Positions 55,371-64,000 of a stretch of DNA of 64,000 nucleotides are shown here, piece by piece. The stretch's first letter is position 1. The number at the start of each line of letters is the position of its first letter. The position numbers and the translations under genes are program-made. Location of the stretch: the NCBI GenBank assembly GCA_019828565.1, contig JAHDYR010000053.1:904272-968271 (forward strand), written 5' to 3'. The notes under the pieces were generated by a model, which was not told where the DNA came from, did no database searches, and saw only the letters and a program-made list of their open reading frames with translations. The DNA is from Carpediemonas membranifera BICM. Its lineage: Eukaryota; Protista; Fornicata.

Positions 55371-56393
55371 ATGGACACGAAGAAGAAACCTGTGCATCCT
55401 AGAACAAAGACAACAGCTACTGGAGCTAAGAAGGTAGCAAAGAAGTCGACTACCGCATCAACAACGACGTCAACGAAGCCTAAGCCGACAAAGACAATCA
55501 GCACGTCCACCAAGCCCAAGGTGAAGAAGACAACGTCGACAACCAAGACAACAGCGTCCAAATCCAAACCCAAAGCTGTTTCCCAAGACGAACAACCTCT
55601 TCCTACCGTCGCGGACCCATATATTGAGCCCGAGCCATGCGCCTGTAAGACCAAGCCACCCCGTGTGGATGACTGGGAAGCCCAGGCGATGCTTCTACAT
55701 GAGCGGGATGCGTTCTTTGAGAAGCAGATGAAGCAACCATTCTGGACGATTCCGATGGGAACCGGCTTTGCTCCATGGCTTGGTGTCAAGGGAACCCCCA
55801 AGACCGGCATGGAGGCCGCAATCTGGTGGTGTACAACCAAGATGGACCCGCCCAAGATGCCTCTCCTCCTTGACCCTGACGAGGCCCACGCCGTCGACAC
55901 TTTTTATTCCTATCGCCACACCATGATTCTTGAAGCAAAGAAGATGGTAGTTGACACAATGCAGGGCCAGCGGAGTCACGAGCAGATCATGGAGGACAAC
56001 AGGAAGGCCCTTGTCAACGCCATGAAGTACGGTGAGACTCTCTACATTCGCCTGGCCAACGGAGCACCGGACTTCAAGGAGAAGTACACGGATCCAGAGT
56101 CGTTCCCGATCGAAGTGTTTGACCAGGAGGCGGTCAGTGAGGTCATGACGAGATACGCTGATCGGGTTTTTGATGAAAAGGGCGAGCTCAAGGCTGGTGA
56201 TAATTTATTCGAGAGCACCCACCCCTTTGGCAAGTGTGTCCAGTACGAGGACACTGACCAGGGCTACTTCCTCGTGAGACGGGGTTTCGAGGTCATCGTC
56301 GAGTCGCACTTTACGACGGATGACTTTGCCGAGTTCCTGGAGTGGAGTTTACCAATGGACAAGATGCAGCCGATACATGTTACCATAAACTGA
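55371..56393 (+). CDS. K/T-rich N-terminus plus IQANK1-C-like domain
   Basis: MPLLLDP...TFYSY...RKALVNAMKYG resembles PLIIDP..ATFLRY..RLALLGALRYG. Confidence 0.55.
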   Translation: MDTKKKPVHPRTKTTATGAKKVAKKSTTASTTTSTKPKPTKTISTSTKPKVKKTTSTTKTTASKSKPKAVSQDEQPLPTVADPYIEPEPCACKTKPPRVDDWEAQAMLLHERDAFFEKQMKQPFWTIPMGTGFAPWLGVKGTPKTGMEAAIWWCTTKMDPPKMPLLLDPDEAHAVDTFYSYRHTMILEAKKMVVDTMQGQRSHEQIMEDNRKALVNAMKYGETLYIRLANGAPDFKEKYTDPESFPIEVFDQEAVSEVMTRYADRVFDEKGELKAGDNLFESTHPFGKCVQYEDTDQGYFLVRRGFEVIVESHFTTDDFAEFLEWSLPMDKMQPIHVTIN

Positions 56394-56419
56394 TATAAAT
56401 AGATTGACATAATCACCAC

Positions 56420-57439
56420 TCAACGCACACGCCATACGGCATCGACAGAGTCTGTTCTAAACCTCTGGGTGACGGTAGTGTCATCCAACGTGTGTCTGAT
56501 GCCCGCCTCGGCCATGACCTTGCCGAGGTACCCTATCATCGCCCCGTTATCGATGCAGTAGCGCTGGTCCATGGCCCCAAGGGACCCGCCCCGCTCAGCA
56601 GCCATGCGACCGAGCATCTCCTGCAGCCTGACGTTACACCCCACACCGCCAACAACAAGGACGGACTTCTGGTGGCAGTGGGCCATAGCGCGTTCAGTAA
56701 CCTCGACGAGCATGGAGAAGGCCGTCTCCTGCACCGAGTAGCAGAGGTCCTCGACAGTCCATGAGTCGTCGGGTCGACCGGGTCTCTGCACACCCGAGAC
56801 GATCTCCTGGACGGTGTTGAGAATACCGCTGAACGATACGTCCATGCCTTTCACAGAGTAGGGGAGGGGGATGTACTTCTTCCCCTTGAGAGCCAGCTGC
56901 TCGATGTTGTAGCCGGGAGACGGGTCATTCGGGACGTTCACAAGGCGCGCAAACCGATCTAATAGGTTTCCGACCGCGATATCGATTGTTTCGCCGAAGA
57001 CCTGGTAGCGTCCCCTCGAGAAGGAGACAACTTGTGTGTTGCCGCCGCTGACGTAAAGAACGGCGGGGTCGGCGAACCCAGTGGCTAGCCGGCCCATCTC
57101 TATGTGCGCGATACAGTGGTTGACGCCGATGAGAGGCTTCTGCCACATCTGGGAGAGCATTCGGGCGACAAACGCGCACGAGAGGAGAGGACCGCCCATT
57201 CCAGGGCCTTTGGTGAAGGATATGAGGTCAATGTCCTTCATAGTAACCTTAGCGATGTTCAGAGCGTCGTTAATGATGTCGAGTACGTACTTTCTGTGGT
57301 GCTCGGCTGTTTCCTTGGGAAGAAAGCCTTGTCCGGGCGGAGTAATGAAGGTATTGCGCTCATTTGATAGAATGTTTCCATTTTGCAGAACAGCCGCTGC
57401 CAGCTTATTCGCGGATCCTTCAATACCGAGGATGAACAT
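56420..57439 (-). CDS. KAE1: tRNA N6-threonylcarbamoyltransferase KAE1/OSGEP
   Basis: [63 protein letters not shown]. Confidence 0.97.
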   Translation of the reverse strand: MFILGIEGSANKLAAAVLQNGNILSNERNTFITPPGQGFLPKETAEHHRKYVLDIINDALNIAKVTMKDIDLISFTKGPGMGGPLLSCAFVARMLSQMWQKPLIGVNHCIAHIEMGRLATGFADPAVLYVSGGNTQVVSFSRGRYQVFGETIDIAVGNLLDRFARLVNVPNDPSPGYNIEQLALKGKKYIPLPYSVKGMDVSFSGILNTVQEIVSGVQRPGRPDDSWTVEDLCYSVQETAFSMLVEVTERAMAHCHQKSVLVVGGVGCNVRLQEMLGRMAAERGGSLGAMDQRYCIDNGAMIGYLGKVMAEAGIRHTLDDTTVTQRFRTDSVDAVWRVR

Positions 57440-57595
57440 TAGCTCCCGCTTAAAGTGCTCCGGAAATGCCAATCAGGCGTGTTGTATCCAACTGACACAG
57501 AGAACACGAGAGCTGGGTCGCGTCGGTGATACTTCACAATTTTGGTCCAGCCTAAAAGTGCACCACAACAATCAGTTGAGCCTCCTGGTTGAAGC

Positions 57596-58498
57596 ATGGA
57601 CATTAACGATCAACCATATGATGAGGCAGAAGACATCGAAAGCGCATCCTCCCACCCATCATTTGACGAAATGAATGAAGATGAGTTCCCCGAGGACGAC
57701 CTTGACGGCGATCTCGGCAGCTTCGAGGAATCTCCGACTCTGCACAACTCTAATGATATGGATGACCATATGGACATGGACGAGGGACTTGCTGATGACT
57801 ACGATGATACCGATCTTCACATGGCCGCGTCCCACGCCCCAATTCCAGCCAACGCGAGGGAGATCAGCGATCTGTTCTCCTACATCGACGTCTATGTGCC
57901 TCGTGAGATTGAGATGCCAGTCAAGCTTGAGCCCTTTATCCCAGAGTACATGCCCGCCGTCGGCGACGTCGACCCCTTCCTCAAGGTGCCTAGACCAGAC
58001 GGGAAGCTTGATAAGGTCGGTCTGTTCTTCTCTGATGAGCCATCGCTGGACCCCAGCGACCCTACTGTCCTTGAACTTGAGCTCCGCACATCTCTAGGCG
58101 GGTCGTCACAGTCGTCGGCGAAGAGGACGATTGTACCGACCCCAGCTGCCATCCAGAACTGGATTGACAACGTTGAGCGGCTTCATAAGGAGCAGCCCGT
58201 CGCTCAGGTGTCGTACTCGAAGCCGATGCCCGACATCGACGACCTCATGCAAATATGGCCCGCTGAGTTCGAGGAGATGCTCAAAACGTCCACTCTTCCC
58301 GGCCCCGACATTGAGCTGAGTCTGTCCGAGTATCTAGAGGTGGTAGCGACACTGCTTGATGTTCCATTCGAGAGGGGGCAGGAGAGAGAGGTGCTCCATC
58401 TCCTGTTCACGCTGTTCCACGAGGTCAACACGAACGAACATTATGTCGCACAGGGGAACCAGGTTGGAGATGGTAGGCACCCTATACATAGCATGTAA
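57596..58498 (+). CDS. IFT46: intraflagellar transport protein 46
   Basis: NDQPYDEA, LEPFIPEYMPAVGDVDPFLKVPRPDG, DEPS...SDPTVL, YSKPMPDIDDLMQIWP, LHLLFTLF. Confidence 0.96.
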   Translation: MDINDQPYDEAEDIESASSHPSFDEMNEDEFPEDDLDGDLGSFEESPTLHNSNDMDDHMDMDEGLADDYDDTDLHMAASHAPIPANAREISDLFSYIDVYVPREIEMPVKLEPFIPEYMPAVGDVDPFLKVPRPDGKLDKVGLFFSDEPSLDPSDPTVLELELRTSLGGSSQSSAKRTIVPTPAAIQNWIDNVERLHKEQPVAQVSYSKPMPDIDDLMQIWPAEFEEMLKTSTLPGPDIELSLSEYLEVVATLLDVPFERGQEREVLHLLFTLFHEVNTNEHYVAQGNQVGDGRHPIHSM

Positions 58499-58790
58499 AT
58501 CATCACATAGAGAGACATGGTGGTATTGGCTTGTGTCTTTAATGGCGAGCAGAGATGCTGACACGCTCGACGCCGGCTGGTGACTCGACGAGAGTCATTC
58601 GTGGGCTGTTCGCTGCTCATAAACTGCCGCCAAAAAAATGGGGGCGAAATCACAAGATTGCGAGCGTATTGGGCGCATTTAACCAGCGCTAAGCGAGTCC
58701 CGATCGATTTTTGCCGACTTTTTGACAAAAACGCATTTTATGCACCCCATCCCAAAATCGCTTCATTCGGCCAATTGCCAGCTTGAAACG

Positions 58791-61661
58791 ATGAATTTCG
58801 GCGGTAGTTGTGTTGTTGTATATCCATCAGGCAAGGAGAGCGTGTTTTCATTTGGGACACGCTTTTCCGCTGTCTGTGACGATGTAACATTCAAGTATCA
58901 GGAGGACATCATTGCCGTTCGCGTCGATCACAACCAGGTCCGCAGCTTGAATGAGTCTCTGGAGTCTTCGTGCTATATAGAGCCATTATACGCCACTTCT
59001 CCCAGCGGAATCCGCGTCATTTCGGAGAGCGTCCGCTTCGTCCTGGAGATCGCATCCCACGACCTCTTCCCCCACAAGAGGATGTCCATAGTCCCCACGA
59101 TGTCCGGGATCCACTGTACTTTTGACGGCGGCCGTCTCTCCCCCGTAGAAGCAGACACGTTAGCCGAACGCGTTTCAGGAATCATCACTTCGAAGTTCAC
59201 AATCAACTGCAAAGACCTGGCAGCCTCCGAGGCCCGTAAGTGGTTCAACCCCGGCCAGGCTAGTGTTGTGGTGTGCGCCGTGTGCGGCTCGTTTGTTGCC
59301 CCTTGGCGCCCCCTTATTCCCCACACGGGTCACCTCGCAGCCTTCCCCGTCAGCCCCAAGGAGGGCGGGGTGCTGGTCCAGACGCCAGTGGAGGAGGAGG
59401 ACTTTGATCTTGAGTATGCCGGGCTGCTGGACGGGTCCGAGGACTCTTTCATCCAGGACGATGACGGCGAGGGCGACATCATGGCCGGGCTGCACGACTC
59501 GGGCGTAGCGTCCGGAGACAGTGACCTTGAGAGCCTCGGCGACCTCATCTCCCAAGTTCAGATCGCCACCGACGGTCGTATCAATGGTCGACTGGGCCGC
59601 CACCGGCCCCAGACAGCCACTCCGGTGCTCCCCTCCCCCTCCCCGGCCCCGTTTGACTTTGACCGCGTTGTCGGCCGACACCTATCCCGTCAGAGTCGCC
59701 CCAGCTCGGCCCGGGTCAGCACGAGAGAGAGAAGGAGGCCGGCAACTGCCCAGACTTATTCCTCACCGTCTCACAACAAGAATATCAGACTCGAACCCGG
59801 GACTACCACCCCTGCCTCGGCCTCTAAGCCGCCCATTCACCCGAGCGGCCTGCCCTCAAGAAGAGGGAGGGCCTCGCCGTCTACCCACGGGATTGAACGC
59901 GACCTGGACGATCGGAGTCGATTCAGTCCGCCACCGAGTATCACGATCAGATCGAATCAGAGGCGGGCGGCATCAATGGACGCGCTGACGCCGCTGGACA
60001 CCGTTGTACACCTCCCTACCAGTCCCCTGGCACGGAAGGAGGGCGGGGTCGATACTGGAGCCCGCAGCGACCCCGTCTCCAAGCTGAGGAACGAACCACT
60101 GTCTGTGGCCGAGCCTGACAGAGAGGCAGAGGCCGTGCGAGACTCCCAGCCCGAGAAGAGCTCCCCTTCACCCACAAACGAGCCAGACACGGTCCAACCA
60201 GTTCCAGCCCCAAGGTCACCCAGCCCGACAAATGAACCCGAGTTTGCAGAGTTGCTTGAGGTCGACAAGGGCAACGCCGTCCCCGGTCCTGCAGTGACCG
60301 ATCGCCCAGCACAGCCGGCGGTGGAGGTCCCCCAGCCGACTCCGACACTGACTGCCCAAGCGAGGCACACCTCACCACCGTCGAACCAGGCCCCAGCCTC
60401 TGAGCCTGTCCAGAAGTCGGCCGCCCGCCAGCCCGCCTCAGCACGAGGCCACAAGGAGACCGGCGGTTTGTTTGGCGGGATCGGGTTTGGGGACGCGCCC
60501 CACCGAGCAAACCCCGCAGCATCAGACTTTATTGCCCAGCGGCGGGCCAAAGAGGAAAAACTCCGTAAGCTGAAGGAGCTGAAGGACGCCAAGAACGACG
60601 TGGCACGCAAGTTCAACAAGGACCAAGTGGATTTGCAGCAAGCCCTCGCAGATGCCCTCGTCGCTGTCAAGAGAGACATCATATTCAACCCTAGAATGAA
60701 CCTCAAAACTGCGCAGGAGCGGCTGGAGAGTGACTACCAGGCCAAGCTTGCCCAGCTGAGACGGCAGATGCGGGAAGACATGGACCGACTCGACCTGCTG
60801 ATCGATGAGCTCAATCCACCGCGAGATATGACCGCTTTCCGCAGACCAACGTCTGCTCGTGCCCCAGTCGCCCGGCCGTCTCCCGCCAAACCCACTCAGC
60901 CGGTTGACCAACCGAGACCGACTGTGCCGAAGTCTCCCGGGACACCCCAAGGAATCCCCCCCTTCTCGACGAAATCCCCTGGCTCTCCCCCGCCGCGGGC
61001 TCCCAAGTCCGACCCCAAGCCTGTGCGACGCAGAATGGCCATTGATCCAGCCTTGATGAGACGTATCGCCTCTGTCGACGCCCGTCGTAAGAAGACGGCT
61101 GCTGCCCGGGCTGGTGTGAACAAGGTGGACGTGGACGCCCTCGCCGCCCGCCGTGCAGCTCAGGGTGCCGACCCCACGCTCTCACCGATCCTGACCCAAC
61201 TATCCGAGGCCAAGCCGTGGCTGGACATCCGCCGTTACCGGACAAGGCCCGAGGAGGACATCAGGGCGCAGTTTGACCTCAGTGGTGGACCGCTGGGACT
61301 TGACGAGGGGGTGGCAGCCGAGCTCAGCATGATTGAGCGGGATATCGCGCCTCAGCTGGACATGCCGAGAGAGAGGAAGACCGACGTCCAACTGCTCGAC
61401 GACGCTCGGCTCTATAACGGCCGCACGGTCGACTTTCTCCGGCAGCGTGTGCTCCGCCGTAACCCAAGAGAGCGGCTGGGACTCGGACCGAGAGACGGAC
61501 CCGCAGAGGCGAGGGCGCAGTACCGCAAGCTCGTGCTGTTGTACCATCCAGACCGGGCGATGGCGGATCACTACTGCTTTGCTAACGAACCCGCCTATCG
61601 GGAGTTGCTGCATGACTTGTTCAAGGCTATCGATGAGGCGTACCGCGTGCTGACCGTTTGA
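58791..61661 (+). CDS. multidomain protein: ThrRS-N/uridine-kinase-N-like domain, disordered linker, coiled coil, C-terminal J-domain
   Basis: N-terminal IIAVRV...SL...G.R...SVRFVLEIA..LFP; C-terminal RAQYRKLVLLYHPDR...FKAIDEAYRVL. Confidence 0.75.
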   Translation: MNFGGSCVVVYPSGKESVFSFGTRFSAVCDDVTFKYQEDIIAVRVDHNQVRSLNESLESSCYIEPLYATSPSGIRVISESVRFVLEIASHDLFPHKRMSIVPTMSGIHCTFDGGRLSPVEADTLAERVSGIITSKFTINCKDLAASEARKWFNPGQASVVVCAVCGSFVAPWRPLIPHTGHLAAFPVSPKEGGVLVQTPVEEEDFDLEYAGLLDGSEDSFIQDDDGEGDIMAGLHDSGVASGDSDLESLGDLISQVQIATDGRINGRLGRHRPQTATPVLPSPSPAPFDFDRVVGRHLSRQSRPSSARVSTRERRRPATAQTYSSPSHNKNIRLEPGTTTPASASKPPIHPSGLPSRRGRASPSTHGIERDLDDRSRFSPPPSITIRSNQRRAASMDALTPLDTVVHLPTSPLARKEGGVDTGARSDPVSKLRNEPLSVAEPDREAEAVRDSQPEKSSPSPTNEPDTVQPVPAPRSPSPTNEPEFAELLEVDKGNAVPGPAVTDRPAQPAVEVPQPTPTLTAQARHTSPPSNQAPASEPVQKSAARQPASARGHKETGGLFGGIGFGDAPHRANPAASDFIAQRRAKEEKLRKLKELKDAKNDVARKFNKDQVDLQQALADALVAVKRDIIFNPRMNLKTAQERLESDYQAKLAQLRRQMREDMDRLDLLIDELNPPRDMTAFRRPTSARAPVARPSPAKPTQPVDQPRPTVPKSPGTPQGIPPFSTKSPGSPPPRAPKSDPKPVRRRMAIDPALMRRIASVDARRKKTAAARAGVNKVDVDALAARRAAQGADPTLSPILTQLSEAKPWLDIRRYRTRPEEDIRAQFDLSGGPLGLDEGVAAELSMIERDIAPQLDMPRERKTDVQLLDDARLYNGRTVDFLRQRVLRRNPRERLGLGPRDGPAEARAQYRKLVLLYHPDRAMADHYCFANEPAYRELLHDLFKAIDEAYRVLTV

Positions 61662-61895
61662 TACACTATGTATGATAGAATCTACGTTGAAAACCATAAA
61701 TATGGTGATTTAAGGCGAGAGAGATCTCTTTCAAAGTCACCGTCGACGACGGCGAGGAAGAATGCCGACTCTACCCGCAGTAATGGACCGGGAGCATGTA
61801 TGCTCCGTCGGGGTGGACCTGCTGTGAGCTGGCAGGAATAGCTCACAGTCATCAAATGATGAGCACGATTGGCTTGGTTTCTCCGTTCGGAGCTG

Positions 61896-64000
61896 ATGAT
61901 AACTAAAGTACCACAAGACGCCGCCCCCAGGCGCACACGCTCCGAGACAAGCCTCTCAGCGCTCTCCGGGGCCAGCTCTCAAACTTGGAGCTTCGAATTC
62001 GAGAACAACCGAGCTCGCGTCAAGAGATTGCGACACAGCATGTTCCTCACGAGCTGGTTCCTGATGTTCAACCGCAGCAAGTCCTTTTACAACATTGTTT
62101 TCCTTTTCATAACCTTTTCGCCATGTGTGCTTGTCGGGTTAATGGTCGCATCTGAGCAGGTGAGCCTGTCCGACTTCAACACCACCTACGCGATGGTTTC
62201 TATACTTATATTCCTCGTTGCTATCTGCGGTATGCTTATCCTCCTCTTCTTTGCTCAGCGACGACTGCAGGAAGATGTTTTCGCAAGCAAGCTGATGAAG
62301 CAGTTTCTCGGGGTACTACTCCCCTTCGCGTTCATCATGCAGCCTGCCGCAATGCTGGCCCTCTTCCAGTTCGCTTACCACCAGATCCACGTCGCCATCG
62401 ATGCTGCCAACGCCTCTGCGCTCATCCCCGTCGCCATATCGTGTGTGCCCCTGTTCGTTGCTCTCCTGGTGCTAGCCACAGTCATCAACAACACCTGCAC
62501 CATTCATATCGATACAGTGGACGCCACACTACTCTCATCGACGTCATCACAGTCGTCTGCAGTTATCGGAGTCTTCATCCTGATCGCCATCATCATCCAC
62601 CCGCTGCCCACAGCCGGGATAGGCACATTCACAGTAACACGCTGTATTAGTGGCGCCTTTCTCATCATGGCGGGCTTCATTGCGGCCCTGCTCCAACAAT
62701 ACACCCTCATGGTCTCCAATATCATCCAAGCAACAGTATACTCCTTCACCGGCGTGGTTCTGATAGTGCTACCTGCCTTCGACGCGGCCCCGCTGTCTCT
62801 ACTGACCCTCCTCGTCATCCCTGTCATCATCGTCATCAGCCTATGGCCTATCGCCGCGTACGTCTACTTCTACCGCACCATAGCAGCGGTACGGGCCTCA
62901 TACACCGATGGCGAGGACTTTGGCCCCACACGCCACATTCCTCCGGTCCCCAGGGCCCCGACATTCATCCTACTGGTTGGTCTCCGCACTTTTATTCGGG
63001 CCGTCAGCCGGGCGGTAACAAAGGAGATGAAGGAGGCCAACCTGGACCACTGTCCCGTAGCACTGCCAGGGTTCGTGGGCTCAGACCAGTTCGAGACGAC
63101 TGCTGCTTCGACACGCACCACAGCCTGTGTCAGGGCCGTCGACAGCAGTCCGACCGTCAGGTCCCTGTTCAAGGTGTTCCAGCTGCTGATGGCGGCCAAG
63201 CCACACTCTAGCGCCGTAGTACTTCAGTACGGCGTTGTCGCGAACTCTCTGCAGCCCACGAGTCTGCCATTCGTTCTGAGGAAGATAGCTGAGCTGCAGC
63301 ACGGCGGCCATGTCCCAATGGCGAGGCTGGACGTCGGCTATGTCATCTTCTATCTTTATAAGACAAACGCGGACGCCTGCGAGGGTGGCAAGGAAGCCCG
63401 CCTGCGCCATGCCAGGAACCGGCAACTACAGGAGCTCAGACGCCAGCTAGCCGACTTCCGTACAGCCCGACGGACGCTGTGGACCACTATACAGGCCCAG
63501 TCAGGGCGATCTCTCAAGATGGCCTCGGTCACCAAGTCTCTGGCCTTGATGCAGGAGATACTCGCCCTCACGACAACGATGCAGGCCAACTACAGGAAAC
63601 ACCTGGTCGCTGCCACGCCCAACGTCATCCGGGAGTACGCTGCGTACGTCAACACCGCCTTGGGAAAGTCAGCGGAGGCCCAGCATCTCCTGGGACTAGC
63701 GGAGGACATGGAGGCGAGCGGGAAGGGCCGGTCGACTGTCGTCGTCGAACCGGTGAAGTCGATTAGGCTCCGGAGACGGCGCTTCATGGTGAATAAGGCT
63801 GAGCTGCGGTCAGTTGTCACGATTGTTCTCGTAGCACTCATAACGATCGGCATGCTCTTCCTCTTTGGCGCCAGCTCCTACCTGATCATCAACAGGGCGA
63901 CTCACCTCCTCCATGGATCAGGAAACGTCGCATCTGCAATATGGGCTGCCTTCTTCTCGGCTGAGCAGTTTATTGCCGGCCTCAGCCCCGTCTCCATTGT
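61896..64000 (+). CDS. 3'-truncated multi-pass membrane protein, TmcB/TmcC-like
   Basis: Frame appears open from ATG 61896 to the window end (absent from the ORF track, consistent with no stop). Many TM helices, then a helical region NYRKHL...PNVIREYAAYV...AEDME. Confidence 0.7.
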   Translation, partial: MITKVPQDAAPRRTRSETSLSALSGASSQTWSFEFENNRARVKRLRHSMFLTSWFLMFNRSKSFYNIVFLFITFSPCVLVGLMVASEQVSLSDFNTTYAMVSILIFLVAICGMLILLFFAQRRLQEDVFASKLMKQFLGVLLPFAFIMQPAAMLALFQFAYHQIHVAIDAANASALIPVAISCVPLFVALLVLATVINNTCTIHIDTVDATLLSSTSSQSSAVIGVFILIAIIIHPLPTAGIGTFTVTRCISGAFLIMAGFIAALLQQYTLMVSNIIQATVYSFTGVVLIVLPAFDAAPLSLLTLLVIPVIIVISLWPIAAYVYFYRTIAAVRASYTDGEDFGPTRHIPPVPRAPTFILLVGLRTFIRAVSRAVTKEMKEANLDHCPVALPGFVGSDQFETTAASTRTTACVRAVDSSPTVRSLFKVFQLLMAAKPHSSAVVLQYGVVANSLQPTSLPFVLRKIAELQHGGHVPMARLDVGYVIFYLYKTNADACEGGKEARLRHARNRQLQELRRQLADFRTARRTLWTTIQAQSGRSLKMASVTKSLALMQEILALTTTMQANYRKHLVAATPNVIREYAAYVNTALGKSAEAQHLLGLAEDMEASGKGRSTVVVEPVKSIRLRRRRFMVNKAELRSVVTIVLVALITIGMLFLFGASSYLIINRATHLLHGSGNVASAIWAAFFSAEQFIAGLSPVSI

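Overview
Gene-dense eukaryotic protist DNA, about 40 genes in 64 kb, with short intergenic gaps, the standard genetic code and rare 28-34 nt spliceosomal introns. The flagellar genes (DRC4, IFT46, TTLL, NEK), tiny introns with a fused branch point/3' splice site, and a divergent histone H4 suggest a free-living metamonad such as a Carpediemonas-like fornicate; this taxonomic call is inference only. Most genes are housekeeping: COPA, Nup133, DDX54, KAE1, CPSF30, eIF1, RPL31, CSL4, PP2C, Ariadne, copine and H4. The standout is a 2.4-kb insertion at about 31.2-33.7 kb encoding a disrupted Fanzor (eukaryotic TnpB-like RNA-guided nuclease) with all three RuvC acidic residues intact. A hairpin-rich candidate omega-RNA follows its stop codon, a 34-bp near-perfect direct repeat brackets it, and an array of CAGACG repeats plus a second structured module lie on its upstream side. 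Other notable signals are a histone 3' stem-loop behind an H4 lacking K20, a recurrent (T/A)GTAAA 3'-end motif, probable pseudo-enzymes (GH31, kinesin), a ThrRS-N-like/J-domain fusion, and two structured ORF-free gaps. All family calls come from motif recognition by eye; no database searches were run.
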